Origin: Gracilinanus agilis
Lineage: Eukaryota
NCBI RefSeq assembly: GCF_016433145.1
Contig: NC_058133.1
Span: forward strand, 172,855,964-172,919,963
Direction of reading: 5' to 3'
Length of the DNA: 64,000 nucleotides
The translations under genes were made by a program, and so were the position numbers. Within the stretch, counting starts at the first letter, position 1. Each line of letters opens with the position of its first letter. Under the pieces are notes generated by a model that saw only the letters and a list, made by a program, of their open reading frames with translations, searched no databases and had not been told where the DNA came from. Of this stretch, positions 50,760-63,169 are shown piece by piece.

Positions 50760-51290
50760 TAGACTTCTTTTTTGTTTGTTTGGTTTTGGTTTTATAAAGA
50801 TATTTTTACCAATTACATGTTATAACAAATTTCCACATAAGTTTTTTAAAGTTATATGTTCCAAATTGTCTCCTTCCCTCCTTTCCCTTCCCTCTCCTGG
50901 AGCCAGCAAACAATCTGGTCTGGGTTATACATGTTTTATCACACAAAACACATTTCCATATTGTTCTTTTTTATAAAAAAATAATCACACAAAACCAAAA
51001 ACCCAAATAAACTTAAGTAAAAAATTGCATGCTTTGATCAGCATTCCAATTCCAACAGTTCTTTCCCTGGATGTGAATAGCATTCTTTGTCCTAAGCCCC
51101 TCAGAATTGTCCTGGATCATTGTATTGCTGTTAGTAGCAAAGTCTTTCCCAGTTGATCATTCCACAATATTGCTGTTACTGCTGTGTATAATGTCCTCCT
51201 GGTTCTGCTTACTTCACTCTGCATCAGTTCATGTAGGTCTTTCCAATTCTTTCTGAAATCAACCTGTTCATTATTTCTTATTGGAGAATA
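50760..51290 (-). mobile_element. L1 3' fragment
   Basis: ccaattacatgttataacaaatttccac...agttgatcattccacaatattgctg...ctggttctgcttacttcactctgcatcagttc. Confidence 0.7.
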
Positions 51291-52329
51291 AACTTCTTGA
51301 AGGCAGATACTATTTCACCATCAGCTTTTTTTATATCCAGCAGAATGCTTTGGCAAATGATAAATGCTTTTCTTAGGATCATAGATTTAGAGCTGAAAGA
51401 GACCTCGGAGGTCACCTAGTCTAACCTCCTCATTTTGTATATGTGCCTAGTGCCACACAGGCAGTAAATGGTGGAGCAGGATTTAAATAAACTGAGATTC
51501 CCTGATTCCATAGCTATCACTCTTGCCATTGTTATTGTTGTTTGGTTATGTCTGATTCTTCCTGACCCCATTGGAGGTTTTCTTGGCAAAGCTTCTGGAG
51601 TGGTTTGTCATTTCCTTCTCCAGCCCATTTGACAGATTTGATGACTAGTAAGTGTCCAAGGTCAGATATGAACCCAGTTCTTCTTGATTCTAATCTAGAG
51701 TTTTAACTACTATACCACCTAGTTGCCTAACTGATTTTAATTCAATGCAACAATTTGTTAGGCACTCATTGTGTGTGGTGGTGGTGATGGTAGGGAGATG
51801 GAGATTATAGAAAGGGGTAGGCACAAAGGTTTAAAAAGACATAAACCCTTGTCCTCATGGAGGTCACAAATAACTAATGTTCTGTATTGAGATCATAAGA
51901 CTTAGAGCTAGAAAGAACCTTAGAGTGCTCTCATGCAAGCTCCTCATTTTATAGAGCAGGAGTTTGGGAAGGAGAAAGTTGGCCTCAAAATGGGAGAAAC
52001 CAAGACACCATCCCTTACATGTACATATGCCCACGTAGATACAGGTATATATACATATACATGTATGTGTATTGTGTATGTGTGTGAATGTGTGTATATG
52101 TATGCATGTGTGTGTGTGTGTGTGTGTGTACTACTATTTACCAGATGCTTTGCTAGGGCATGGATATATAAAGACAAAAAATACAACAATTCCAGCTTTC
52201 ACCAAACAATCTAATTCTGTTAGAGGAGACAGCTTGTATAATTATAAGCATGTACCAAAATAAATGCAGTTAATTTTTTTTTTTTTTTTGCTGGGGACAG
52301 GATGAGGGGGAGAGGTACTAGCAGCTGGG

Positions 52330-54130
52330 AGGATCTAGAAAGGTTTCATGTAGAAGGTAGTGGTTGAATTGAACTTTGAGAGAAACAAGAAGTTCTAAGA
52401 GGTCTAAGTGTGGAACAAATGCATTCCTGGATTGTGCCTTAATGCCATAGGTGAGTTAGAGGGGTGTCTATCCCAGGCATGGGAAGACTTCCCCCAATGA
52501 AAGGCAGGGATGAGAACAATTTGTTCCAAAGTCCATGAAGGCGGCTGAAGCAGGCACTAAGGAAGGCTTAGAGCACCAGTTCCTTTTGGGTTCTCTTCAA
52601 GGTACAAAGGGCAACAACCACTAGGTCATCAAGTAGGAAATAACCCAAGAAGACAGTGATTTGGAAATGGAGCTTAGGAGAAAGGCTAGGGATGGTTATA
52701 TTCAATTTGGGAGTCATTTGCATAAATATGATCATTAAAGTAGGGGTTGATGAGGCCCCTAAGTAAAAGAGTGTAGAAATTGAAGAGGGGACATTCATGG
52801 TTAAGGGGTGGGATTCAGATGATTGATCTCTCTAGTAAAGGAGACTGAGAAAGAGTGGGTTCTCAGGTATGTAGGAAGAAAGCCAAGAGAGAGATATATT
52901 AGAAAATTCAGAGGAGAAAAGGAGAGTTGTCAGCAGTGTCAAATACTGCAGAAGGTTCAAGCAGGATAAAGATTGAGAAAAGGCCATCAGATCTGGCAAT
53001 AAAAAAGTCATTGGGAACTTTGGAGAAAGAAGTGTCAGTTGAGTAATGAGGTCAGTAGTTAAAATTCCTAAATGTTATAGAGGTGGAAAACAGAGTAGAA
53101 CCAGTGAATGTAGAAAGTATTTCCTAGGAATTTAGTTGTGAAAGGGAGGAGATAGAGAATGATAACTTGAAGGCATACTAGGTTCAGATGAAGGTTTTTG
53201 TTTGTTTTTTTAAAGAATTTGGGAGACCTGGGAATTTTTGCAGTCAGCAGGGATGTAATCAGTAGAAAGAGAGATTAAAGATTAGAGAAAAAGGGGGATG
53301 TTTATGGGAACAATATGGCAGAGGAGGGATAAAGGGTACAAGGAGAGTTTCTGGACTTGATAAGGAAAAGGGTCATGTTTTCTTCTGAGACAAGAGCAAA
53401 TACGGAGATAACGATTGATATCAAAGAGCTTTGGAAGGTAGCTTAGAGAAGAGGGAACTCGAAGCATATGGACTCTATTTTCTCCGTGAAATATGAGGCA
53501 AAGTTCTCAGTTCAAAGGGAGGGGAAAACGTTAGTGGAAAGAGAAGGTTTGGGATGGTCCTGCAGGGAGAAAAATAGAGAAATCTTTTTAAGGAAGGATT
53601 GAGATGATTTTCCTGCTAAAGTGGAAATCCAGTTAAGATTGGATAATATAAATTTGCAGTGGAGCCAGTCAGCATGGATGTGATTTTCTTCAGCATTTTT
53701 TAACTACAAGTCAGGAGCAGAGAAAATAGATGGTGAGAGGAATACAGAGTGGGATTTGGCAAGTATGAATAAAAACAAGACAAAGGGGCATGAGTTTTTA
53801 GAGTCAAGGATGATCTAATGTTTAACTGGTTAAGTGGAGGGTCAAAATATTGGGAAGGGGAGAAAATGAAGCACGGGCAAGAAAAAATACTGAGTTGGGG
53901 AGGTATGGGCAAATAATAGGTTTAAGAGGAGTGAGACCTAGGGAAATATGGAATGAGAGTAGGTTATGGTTGAATAAAGGTATTTTAGAATTCTCCATCA
54001 GAGAAATGGAAAACTAGTGAGTTATAGTGAGAAAGTGAGATCAAGGGTATGGTTGATCCTGTCTGCAGCTGTGGTGGAGTGAAAGCATAGGTCATGTGAA
54101 CTGAAATTTAGAAACTGGAAAGTTAGGGCT
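52330..54130 (-). mobile_element. L2 LINE fragment (long, purine-rich)
   Basis: gatttggaaatggagcttaggagaaaggctaggg...gggagtcatttgcataaatatgatc...cagtgtcaaatactgcagaagg. Confidence 0.65.
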
Positions 54131-54262
54131 AAGGGACAGGCAGATAGCAGCAGTGGATAGAGGTCCAGATCTGGAGTCAGGAAGATGACCTGAGTTCAAA
54201 TCAATTAGTTGTTTGATCCTGGACAAGTCCTTTAACCCCATTTGCCTCCGTTTCCTCATTTG

Positions 54263-54755
54263 TGCAGAAATATTTCTGAAATTAATGTCTATTTTCCATG
54301 AGCTACCTCACTATACAGATGCACTAGACAAAGAGTAAATCTGTTTGCAGGAAAGAGCCAATTAGGAGCCTGCAATAAACCAGACATCTCGCTTATTCTC
54401 AGATACTTTTGCCAAGTTTGTTGGCTGACTTCACAGAGCAGTCCATCTACCTGAAGCAGCCTAAGCCAGTTTGCACCAGCCTTGTGGTTGGCTGTTGCTA
54501 CCAAACATCCCAAAACATCCTGCTTCTGTATTCCACTTCTTCCTGAAAGAAGCTGCTCATTCTTCACCCCTAACTCCTGCCCAAACCCCTCTCTGTGGTC
54601 TACAAGTTTAAATTGTCCTTGTCCACCCTTAGGCTGTGGGCTCCATTTAATTTCCTGACACACATGTCTAGGTTTCTTTTCCTTTTTAATAAATCTTTGT
54701 GGCTATCTCAACCAGGACTCCTCAGCATTTCGAGGGGTGGGATACTCAGATGACA
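54263..54755 (+). mobile_element. Solo LTR (493 bp) inserted in a MAR1-like SINE (about 54140-54870)
   Basis: TG...CA ends, 4-bp TSD tttg/tctg, aataaa near the 3' end; the host SINE cctca[tctg]taaaa resumes afterwards. Confidence 0.75.
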
Positions 54756-57700
54756 TCTGTAAAACGAACTGGAGGAGGAAATGGCAAACCATTTTAGTGT
54801 CTTTGCCAAGAAAACCCCAAATGGGGTCACAAAGAGTTGGACACAACTGAAACCACTAAACAACAAGGGCTAAGGTATTTGGGGGACATAACAGATCTCT
54901 ACTGAAATCCCTTAGGATAAGGGCAGGGGTTGGAGTGGAGAGGAAGACTGTAAGCCAAGTACTGAAATCAATCAATTAGTCAATAAACATTTATTAAGTG
55001 CCCGTTATGTTCCAGGTGCTCTGCTAAGTGTTTCTTCAAGAAATGATGAAGAGACTTGAGACATAGTGGATTATAGTTTGGGTGTTATTCTGCCTCCATC
55101 ACTTAATATCAGCGTGATCTTGAGTCCTCTCTGGGTTTTAGTTTCTTCATTTGTGGAAAGGAGTTGGATTATGACAACTAAGACCCCTTCTCTAGTTCTA
55201 GCTCTATGATTCTATGAACCTGGATGTGGAAGGAAAGGGTTCTCATCATCAACCAAAAGGATAACTCAACTAGAGGGCAACAGAGCCAAGCTCCCCTGCA
55301 TGATTTTGTTCACTGGAATCCAGGCTGCTGGAGATGGGTTTTTGCTGCTCGTTTGATTGGATCAGCCACATGTTGCTTATCTTTTAGAAGACAATGGTCT
55401 AGGGTCTTTTGCTTCTATACACTTAAATATTCTCTCTGGACAATAAAGGTCCATCACTAGCCTACTAAATGGCTAGATTCCTTCTTCCCTTATGTCCTGT
55501 CATTCTGAGAAGATAAATGAAGAAAAACAATTCTCTGTGATAAGGTGCCATTGGACATAGCCTCTTCCCTCTGATGCCTGGGTCCAAGGCCTCTGAGGGC
55601 CTGGAAGGCCCTACTGTTCCTAGGCTCCTCTCACCCAATCTGCATAGAGAACCTTGTGATATGACCTCATACTGAATTCAGTACTCTGGCTGACAGTGGG
55701 GCACTTGGCATGGACATCCACAGTCACCAGGCTCCAGTGTAATTTGGAGGCCTCACTTTCCATGGGCTGGACTTTTCTTTTCTGGAATCCCATCAGTTCT
55801 TTAGGACACTATTGGTGCTATTACCACCCAAAGATGAGTCAGGCAAGCTATCAATTGTCAGAGGGACAGTTGTACAGAGAGGGCTTTAAACATGTCATTG
55901 TCCATCATTCAGTGAAGGCTCATTTCTCTTTCCCAGGTCCTGTTCTCAGTAAATATTATAGAATCATCTTTCCTAGTCATTTCCTTATCTCTTTTGCTCC
56001 ACCCAACCCTGGTCACATTAGTCCTGGTTCTCCTGCTTTTCTGTCTCCTCTTCTTCCTGAAAGCTCAGTCCTTTGCCCTCTGCTCGTTTCCTCTTCTTTT
56101 ATGTTTTCAATTTGAACTTCAGCATGAAGGCCAAATTAAGACCTTTTCTTACCTTTTCCCTGAGTTGCAATGGAACCTCTCCTATTTGGTTATTCCTGCT
56201 GCTTACAACAACTTACAACTCAACATACCTAAACCCTACCTCACCAGCATACCCGATTAGCAACTATTTGTTTTTACTTTATAACATCTCTTACATTTCT
56301 TCCTTTATACCTCTAACATCCCATTTTAAACTTCATTGCTTTGTGCATCCTAATAGGTTTCTTTACCTTCTCTCCATTTTAAAGGTAAATTCAGCCCATT
56401 CCTATTTGTGGTTGACTGTTGTTTCCTCAAGAGAGATATCAACTCTTCTCCATTGCTGCAAAGTGCCTGAAGATCAGTAGGTTTTGGTCCCTGCTTACTG
56501 TAGCTTGAGTTGGCTTCTGTTCTCTTTTGTGGGACCCCTCTGCCAGTACCTGCATCTTCTTGTGCAATCCTAGACTAAATGTGCTGTTTATCTTTGGACT
56601 TATCGATCTTTGTTCTATCTGATGCTCTTTTATATTTCTGATGGAGAAAGCATAAAAGAGCTGCTCTCTTTCTACAAATCTTCCTTTCACCATTTAATCA
56701 TGTCTATTTAATGTCCCTTAGGCAATCAGCTCACTCCTGCACAAATGTCTTTTCTGCCTATCTTCCTAGGATGTTCTTTTCCCATTTCCTTTCCCATCCA
56801 ATTCCTAGTCTTCTTTCAAGGTCCAGCTCAATTTCTTCTTCCCTGATGTCCTACCTAACTATAGGCAAGAGCTACCTCCTCTTAAACATTCCCATTATTT
56901 ATTGGTTATGACACACCATTTGGTACTCATCTTAAAACTATCTTGTAAAAGGCTATAAAAATATCAACTAGAGAGCATATTTTCAAGGCCAGACTCTGAG
57001 ATTTTGGCTGTATAACACTGGGCCAGTCACTTTCTCTCTCAATGCCCCAGGTAACTATAAGAAGTCACAGGTCTAGTCTCAATCCTTTTCTCCCCTTTGC
57101 AACTATGTGCCTTGTCTCTCCTAAGACTCAATTCCTTAAAGCAAGGAATATCTTGTAAGATATTTGCATTCCTCATGGCACAACACTTGAAACAAAGAAG
57201 ATTCAATGAATGATTTTTGAATGTATATTGGTCTGGATTTGGTTTGTTCTAGTTCTCCTTACCAATGGGCAGAGATTTCATACTTGCCTTATTTCAGAAG
57301 ACAAGCAGTTCATTTCACAGTGTGAGCTCCTTTGTTGATGCTTTTTAGTAGTACTCGTTCAACTGGGACATGTGACAAAGTATGTCAGGAGTACAACAGC
57401 TTGTGCTCCTGTCAAATCTAGCTTTATTTAATACACTCCCTCTTTCTGTCCTCAATTACAATTACAATTACAATTAAAATCAATGCAAGTCTGTCCCAGT
57501 CATAAACAGTTTAAATAACCATCAGATAATACACTGAATTAGATATGACAACCAATTAAATGGAGCTAATAGCAAGCCCTAGAAAAGTTCCTTTGTTTAA
57601 TGAACAGCACCACCCTGTGGCAAGTCTAGTACATTACAGGATAATCACCACCAGCAACCTATTAGTAAGCTATTAGATTATAGAGATACTATAGAGATCC

Positions 57701-58244
57701 TCTTGACAGAGACAAGACAATGTCAGAGCTGTAAGGTCTCTCTCAAACTGCCCCCTGGAAATGAGAAGTTTTTCCTCACCCTGCCTAATTCATCCTACCC
57801 TCAGAGAAGATGAATTGAGGCAGGGTGAAGAGAAACTTCTCATTTCCATAGATCCTTAATCTTCTTTGCATTCCCTCCACAACATCTTAAGCATAGTAGA
57901 TAGCAGACAGTTGCTCAGAACCTGCTTCTTGATGGCACATGGAGGTGGCTGAATAGGGTACTCAGTTCTGCTCATTCCTGTTCTCTTATTTTGCTCCAGC
58001 CCCTCTGCTTTTCTTCTGACATTTCCTGTAGGTGAGTAGGGCCTTCATACTTACCTCTCCACAATCAATGGCATTTTGTTCTACTACCAATACAGCTGTT
58101 TACAGGTGGCTACCACAGGGACTCAGTACAGACTCTAAATGTCACATGGCCATTATTCACAATGGAAGAGAAACACATGGTCATAGAAGAAAGCTCTTCA
58201 GTAACTTTCTATTCACACTCCAATAATAACAACAACAAAAAGCC

Positions 58245-60395
58245 ACACAGGTGCATCCACAGTATTTAATTTGTTGTAATAATAGTTACAGATAAACAGG
58301 TTCACTCCATATACAATTACTGATGCTTTTTTATACAGTTTATATTTCAATACCATCAACACTATTTTATTTACACTGTATTTATATACATTAACATCTT
58401 TCTAAAGTCAGTGCATTGTCAATAAGTTTTATACAGTAATTTACAAAGTGAATGTAATTAATATTAATAGTTAATTTAATAAATTTTCTGCTAATTCATG
58501 AATTAATTTAATTAAAAAATAATTACAACCAATAACAAACACAGATCAAATAACATTAGTAGATTGTGTGCTACCTGCTTAAATAAAACATTGGTAAGGA
58601 AATTATTGAAAATCTTTTACTTTTTCATGGAGTTTGTCCAAGTAGGAAAAGACAAAATTTTTGTGTACTGAAAGTTCTAAAACCAGAAGTCTGTATTTTG
58701 CTTTATTTCACCAGCCTCCTAAATCCTGCTGTTTACTTATGTCACTTTATTAAAATAAAATTTCATTCTGAATTGGCAAGATTATCTTCTCCTTGTGAAA
58801 TGACATGACTTTTTTTCAATTCTTAATTCTTAATGGAAATTCTTAATTGGAAAAAAAGATTGCAGGCAGATTAAGACACTGTTGTAAAATGCACAAAAGG
58901 GAAACCAGATATTAACCAGACTCAGAAATCAGAACACAAATGTTGATCACATCAATAATGATCTCCTACCTCTAAGGAAGGGTGATGGAATTTGGTAGTG
59001 TAGTGATTAATGACAGTTAACACATCAGGATTTAAATCAAACAAAGGAAGGCTGAAAAAAATAAAACATTTACTTCAAAAATATTTTAAAATATCAACAC
59101 TGGAAAAAATGTTAAAATGCTTTCTCAAATAAATAATGTATATACCTTTCTTCCAGTCCTGAATAATTAGAGGAAAGTAAAGGAATCACAAAATATTATG
59201 ACTAGTAAATATAAAATTTTAAAAGCCCTAAAAATTGTCAAATGCCAAAATGGGTACAGCAATTCTTTATTTTATAAATGAAAAAATGCAAACCAATAAA
59301 AGATTTATTCTATACCAAGTATTGAATGATAAAAACATATTCACCAATTTCATGAGAACTATCTAGAAATTATCAATGCTTCGGTATTGTGTTATTTTTA
59401 AATTTCATAGTAGGGAACACAAATACTCTAGTCACTTTAGAGCCACCAAATAGGAGGCTTTTGAACATTAAGCTGTATGAATTATTTTTGTTTTTTAAAG
59501 TGCAAAAAAAATTACCAATCATAAAACACAACTTAGCTCTTGATACAACTTTTCTTCCAGGAACCCTCTGTGCAATATGTGCATTTTGATACAAGGTGAA
59601 AAACTGCAAACATCCTCCAGCATCAAACTGTTGGGAAATGGATACATGTTGGGTGTATCCTAAACCAAAGTGCCTCTGCCTGGACAACCATTCTTCAGGT
59701 GTCTCTCCCTGCACATAGCTCCCAAAAGCCTTTTAGCCACTGGCTGGAGATTAACCAACTGAGAGAAAATCCTCTCTGGGCAGATTACAACATACCTCTG
59801 CCACCGGTTTCAGTTGTGTTCCAAATACAAAAACAAAACAAAAATCAAAATAGACATATAAATAGTGGCAAGATGGTCTAAAAAAAGTGCTCATACCAGA
59901 GTCACATATACACCTTTTCATGATCTTGCTTTCCACTTCTTGTCAATATAATGGAATAAAAATTCAGGAAAAAGGAGGTAGCAAATCATGTCGTCTCCAG
60001 ACAACACTACAAATTTTTTTTTTTGTTTTATTCTTACTCTAAGGAGACCCTTCCTATTTTGTTAGGATAACCAGTAGATTCTACACATTACAGACTAGCT
60101 CTTACTTGGTCCTAGTTGGCTGGCATGCCAAACCATTTTGTTCACCAGACAATGGCAGCTTCTGACTGTCACTCCCATCAAAGCACTTGTGTGAGCTTGT
60201 AGTGAGTTATTCCCAAAAGAAAACAATCCTATCATTATGTTAACAGCTATTTAATTAGGCTTTTCATTTTGTGCTTCAGGGTCACAGGATAAAATAACTA
60301 TTTAGTTTGCCCGCTTCAGTGATGCTTTTGACAAAAGTCAGTTGCAAGGAGCTGTTTTCCCGATATCCCCTTGCCCTACAGGAAGAGTTATGAGT
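58245..60395 (-). other. USP32: USP32 3' UTR (about 2.1 kb, AU-rich, no recognisable repeat insertions)
   Basis: AT-rich sequence continuing from the stop codon, with several minus-strand poly(A) hexamers. The distal end is inferred from ATTAAA at 58265-58270. Confidence 0.65.
58265..58371 (-). terminator. USP32 distal poly(A) signals (AATAAA 58366-58371; ATTAAA 58265-58270)
   Basis: Plus-strand tttatt and tttaat at these positions, near the end of the AT-rich tract. Confidence 0.55.
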
Positions 60396-60569
60396 TTACT
60401 GTAATACGCAGTACTTTTTGTAATCAGACTCAAAGTCTTCATCCATGCTGCTCGTGTCTGCCATCTTTTTGCCATCGATCTTTGGCAGAAATTGTGCATA
60501 GTCCATTCCCTGTTGCTCATAGAAAAGAATGTAGGCAGAGTCAGTGTCAATTTCATCTGGGTGGAGTTC
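60396..60569 (-). CDS. USP32: USP32 terminal coding exon (ELHPDEIDTDSAYILFYEQQ...DYKKYCVLQ*)
   Basis: Acceptor ttcactttcag; AYILFY motif; ends in the CaaX motif CVLQ and TAA. Confidence 0.96.
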   Translation of the reverse strand, partial: ELHPDEIDTDSAYILFYEQQGMDYAQFLPKIDGKKMADTSSMDEDFESDYKKYCVLQ

Positions 60570-60893
60570 CTGAAAGTGAAAAAGACACATTCAATAAAAA
60601 TCCTAAAACCAAAAATCCTAAAATCCATCTTTTAAAAGGAGTATATAGTTTCTAAAGAGGAAAATGAAATTACTTAGAAAACATTCCAACTATAGGTAAA
60701 TGCAAACCATGACATCTGAAATAACTCTTCATTCCTGCCCCTCCCCTCTCCAAAGTGAAAGAAGCTATATATATTTTAACAGAAGCTATTTTTAATATCA
60801 AAATTTTTATATCATTATTTTGAGTATATTCCCCCAGCCCTCCCCAGCTCTTGCTTCTATTTTGCCTTCCTACCAAAGACTGGAGACAGTTAC

Positions 60894-60986
60894 CTTGCAG
60901 CTGCTGTCATTGTAGCAGTACCACTTGTTGTTTGGATTTTTGGCATAAGTGACGTAATGGCCCCCACCCATAATTCCTGAATGGCA
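60894..60986 (-). CDS. USP32: USP32 His-box exon (CHSGIMGGGHYVTYAKNPNNKWYCYNDSSCK)
   Basis: Acceptor tttatttcttcag and donor gtaac; 93 nt; USP His box GGGHY and WYCYND. Confidence 0.96.
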
Positions 60987-61140
60987 CTGAAGAAATAAAG
61001 AGAAAAATGATGGCATGTTAAAAGTCACTGCAGACAGAGCAAAAATTTCTCATCTTTATGGCATGAAAGAATGGTCTAGAGAATCAGCATATATTAATTA
61101 AACTTTGTGGGCAATAAGCCATTTCAGCAGGACATCATTT

Positions 61141-61344
61141 ATTTTATTTAATTTTATTTAATTTTTTTTAAACCCTTAACTTCTGTGTATTGGCTCCTAG
61201 GTGGAAGAGTGGTAAGAGTGGGCAATGGGGGTCAAGTGACTTGCCCAGAGTCACACAGCTGGGAAGTGTCTGAGGCCAAATTTGAACCTAGGACCTCTCG
61301 TCTCTAGGCCCGACTCTCAATCCGCTGAGCTACCCAGCTGCCCC
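61141..61344 (-). mobile_element. Young SINE1_Mdo-like SINE (USP32 intron)
   Basis: Near-consensus reverse complement; flanking cat(c)atttattt duplication. Confidence 0.9.
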
Positions 61345-61536
61345 GGCACCATTTATTTTAACCACTTACTACTAGCAATATTCTCATTCTCTTACACTCC
61401 CTGAAAATGTTGTGGAACTTTTTTACCTGAGAAAACAACTATGAATAGAATTAATTTGGGGATGGGAGGTGGGGTGACTTTTTGATGTAGATTCAAATTT
61501 GAAAAACAAAGCAAGATACAAAACATTATAATTCTC

Positions 61537-61737
61537 GGGGAAGCTGGGTAGCTCAGTGAATTGAGAGCCAGGCCTAGAGACGGGAGGTCCTAGGTTCAAA
61601 TCTGGTCTCAGCCACTTCTCAGCTGTGTGACCCTGGGCAAGTCACTTGACCCCCATTGCCTAGCCTTACCACTCTTCTATCTTGGAGCCACTGGCTCCAA
61701 GACAGAAGGTAAGGGTTTGAAAAAAAAAGAAAAAAAA
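61537..61737 (+). mobile_element. SINE1_Mdo-like SINE (USP32 intron)
   Basis: Consensus head, A-tail, TSD acatta(t/c)aattct. Confidence 0.88.
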
Positions 61738-61845
61738 CACATTACAATTCTGACTTGAATTTTGGATCTTTCTTTGAGAAGTGCCAAACTAGAATGATCC
61801 AAAGATCCATCCCCCATTAAAGACTCAATTTCATGGCCTACTTAC

Positions 61846-62270
61846 TGAAATTGCATATAAGTTGTAAATAGGTTTAACACAGACATCTTCTCTTTGGTCA
61901 TCCACGCTATCTTCCTCACTGTGGTTTTCCATATGACCATTGCTGCAGCCATTATTATAAGCATCATGCTCATAAAGGAATCCGTTAGTCAAAGTGGTCT
62001 CATGATCCTGAAGAGTGAATAGTTCAGGTTGGCTGCCACCTAATACATGCCCTTTGCTCATGGCATCTGCCAGATCAAAAGGCTGGTCAGTGCCATTCTC
62101 TCTACTGGCATCCAAGTTCTCTTTACTATTTGAGAGTTTGTTTTTGCTGCCAATTTGGGGCAGTCGAAGCCGCCCTTTGCACCTTCCTAAAGTCCGTGGG
62201 CTGCTATTTGGGCTGCTATTTTTGCTTGAAGGACAACTGGTACCACTTTTCCTTGCTAAAGAAGGCGAAC
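61846..62270 (-). CDS. USP32: USP32 exon (GSPSLARKSGTSCPSSKNSSPNSSPRTLG...KPIYNLYAIS)
   Basis: Acceptor tcttttacag and donor gtaagt; 425 nt, phase 1/0; Ser-rich insert and YNLYAIS motif. Confidence 0.95.
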
Positions 62271-62734
62271 CTGTAAAAGAGGATGAATTCACAAGAATTA
62301 ATTTATCCATTAAAAAATAAATAGGAGCCGGCTTAAAATTCTTATTTGGAAAGAGGATAATGAGAACACTCAGATTTGTAGCTATTTATCTTGCATGCTA
62401 CAGAAGAAACAATTTCACTTCCTCTACCAGGTCACTCCAAACTGAGTGAGATTTATAGAAAGATAGAAAAATCTTAAGACATAATGATTCAAAGGCAAGA
62501 AAGTCCTGAAAATGTTCCCTATAAGGATATGAAGGTGAGATATTTTGGTCTCAATTCAATATAACAGAACACTTAGTCTAAGAGTTACAAATATACACTC
62601 CTCTCTCTAGACCAAATCAAAGGCAAATATTAAAAGAAAAGATTGTTGTTTCCAGGAGTCTCAACAAAGCTTACCTAGTGTGATTAGTAAGGTGACTCAT
62701 AATGGTTTTGTTATCTTTGCCACAGATCTCTTAC

Positions 62735-63026
62735 CTTTTGTGTTACAGATGATGTTCCCACTCAGTGAGGATGGACTCTTGCTCAACATATCCCCCTCCC
62801 CTGTAGTCCATGTGTTCTGGAGATCCACTTTCTTTACTTCTCCCTGTATAATCCGTGGCTCAGAAAGATCATCCCCTTGGGGTGTGAGTAGTTTTCGTTG
62901 GCACAGAGCTGGATCCCTTGGCACAAGAAAAGCACTGGGGTCGAAACTTTCACGAGGAAATTTAACTATTTTCTGTGATTTTATCCAGCGACCATTCACA
63001 AACTGAAATCGTTTTAGATGAATTAT
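62735..63026 (-). CDS. USP32: USP32 fourth-from-last coding exon (IIHLKRFQFVNGRWIKSQKIVKFPRESFDPSAFLVPRDP...NTK)
   Basis: Minus-strand acceptor tttttccctcag and donor G|gtaaga; 292 nt; matches the USP32 catalytic domain. Confidence 0.95.
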
Positions 63027-63169
63027 CTGAGGGAAAAACAGTAAAAAGCATCTGTATCCAAAAGATGTGACCAAGGTAGCTCTCTAAAATCAAAGTGATA
63101 TAACATGGTAAGATAATAACAATTTGGAAATTTTAGAAATAATTTTTCTTTAAGTGCCTCAAAATATCA

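Noticed and set aside
55805-55850. GHYWCYYHPK after an ag, resembling CA4 exon 2 (WCY)
   Set aside because: No second Cys, no phase-compatible GT donor and no downstream CA exons; treated as chance.
60396-60410. C-terminal CaaX motif (CVLQ) of USP32
   Set aside because: A real but already known, conserved feature of USP32; not novel.
62015-63006. Plus-strand ORFs antisense to USP32 exons (62015-62320, 62680-63006; also 60371-60655)
   Set aside because: Shadow ORFs of the real minus-strand coding exons; no independent evidence.
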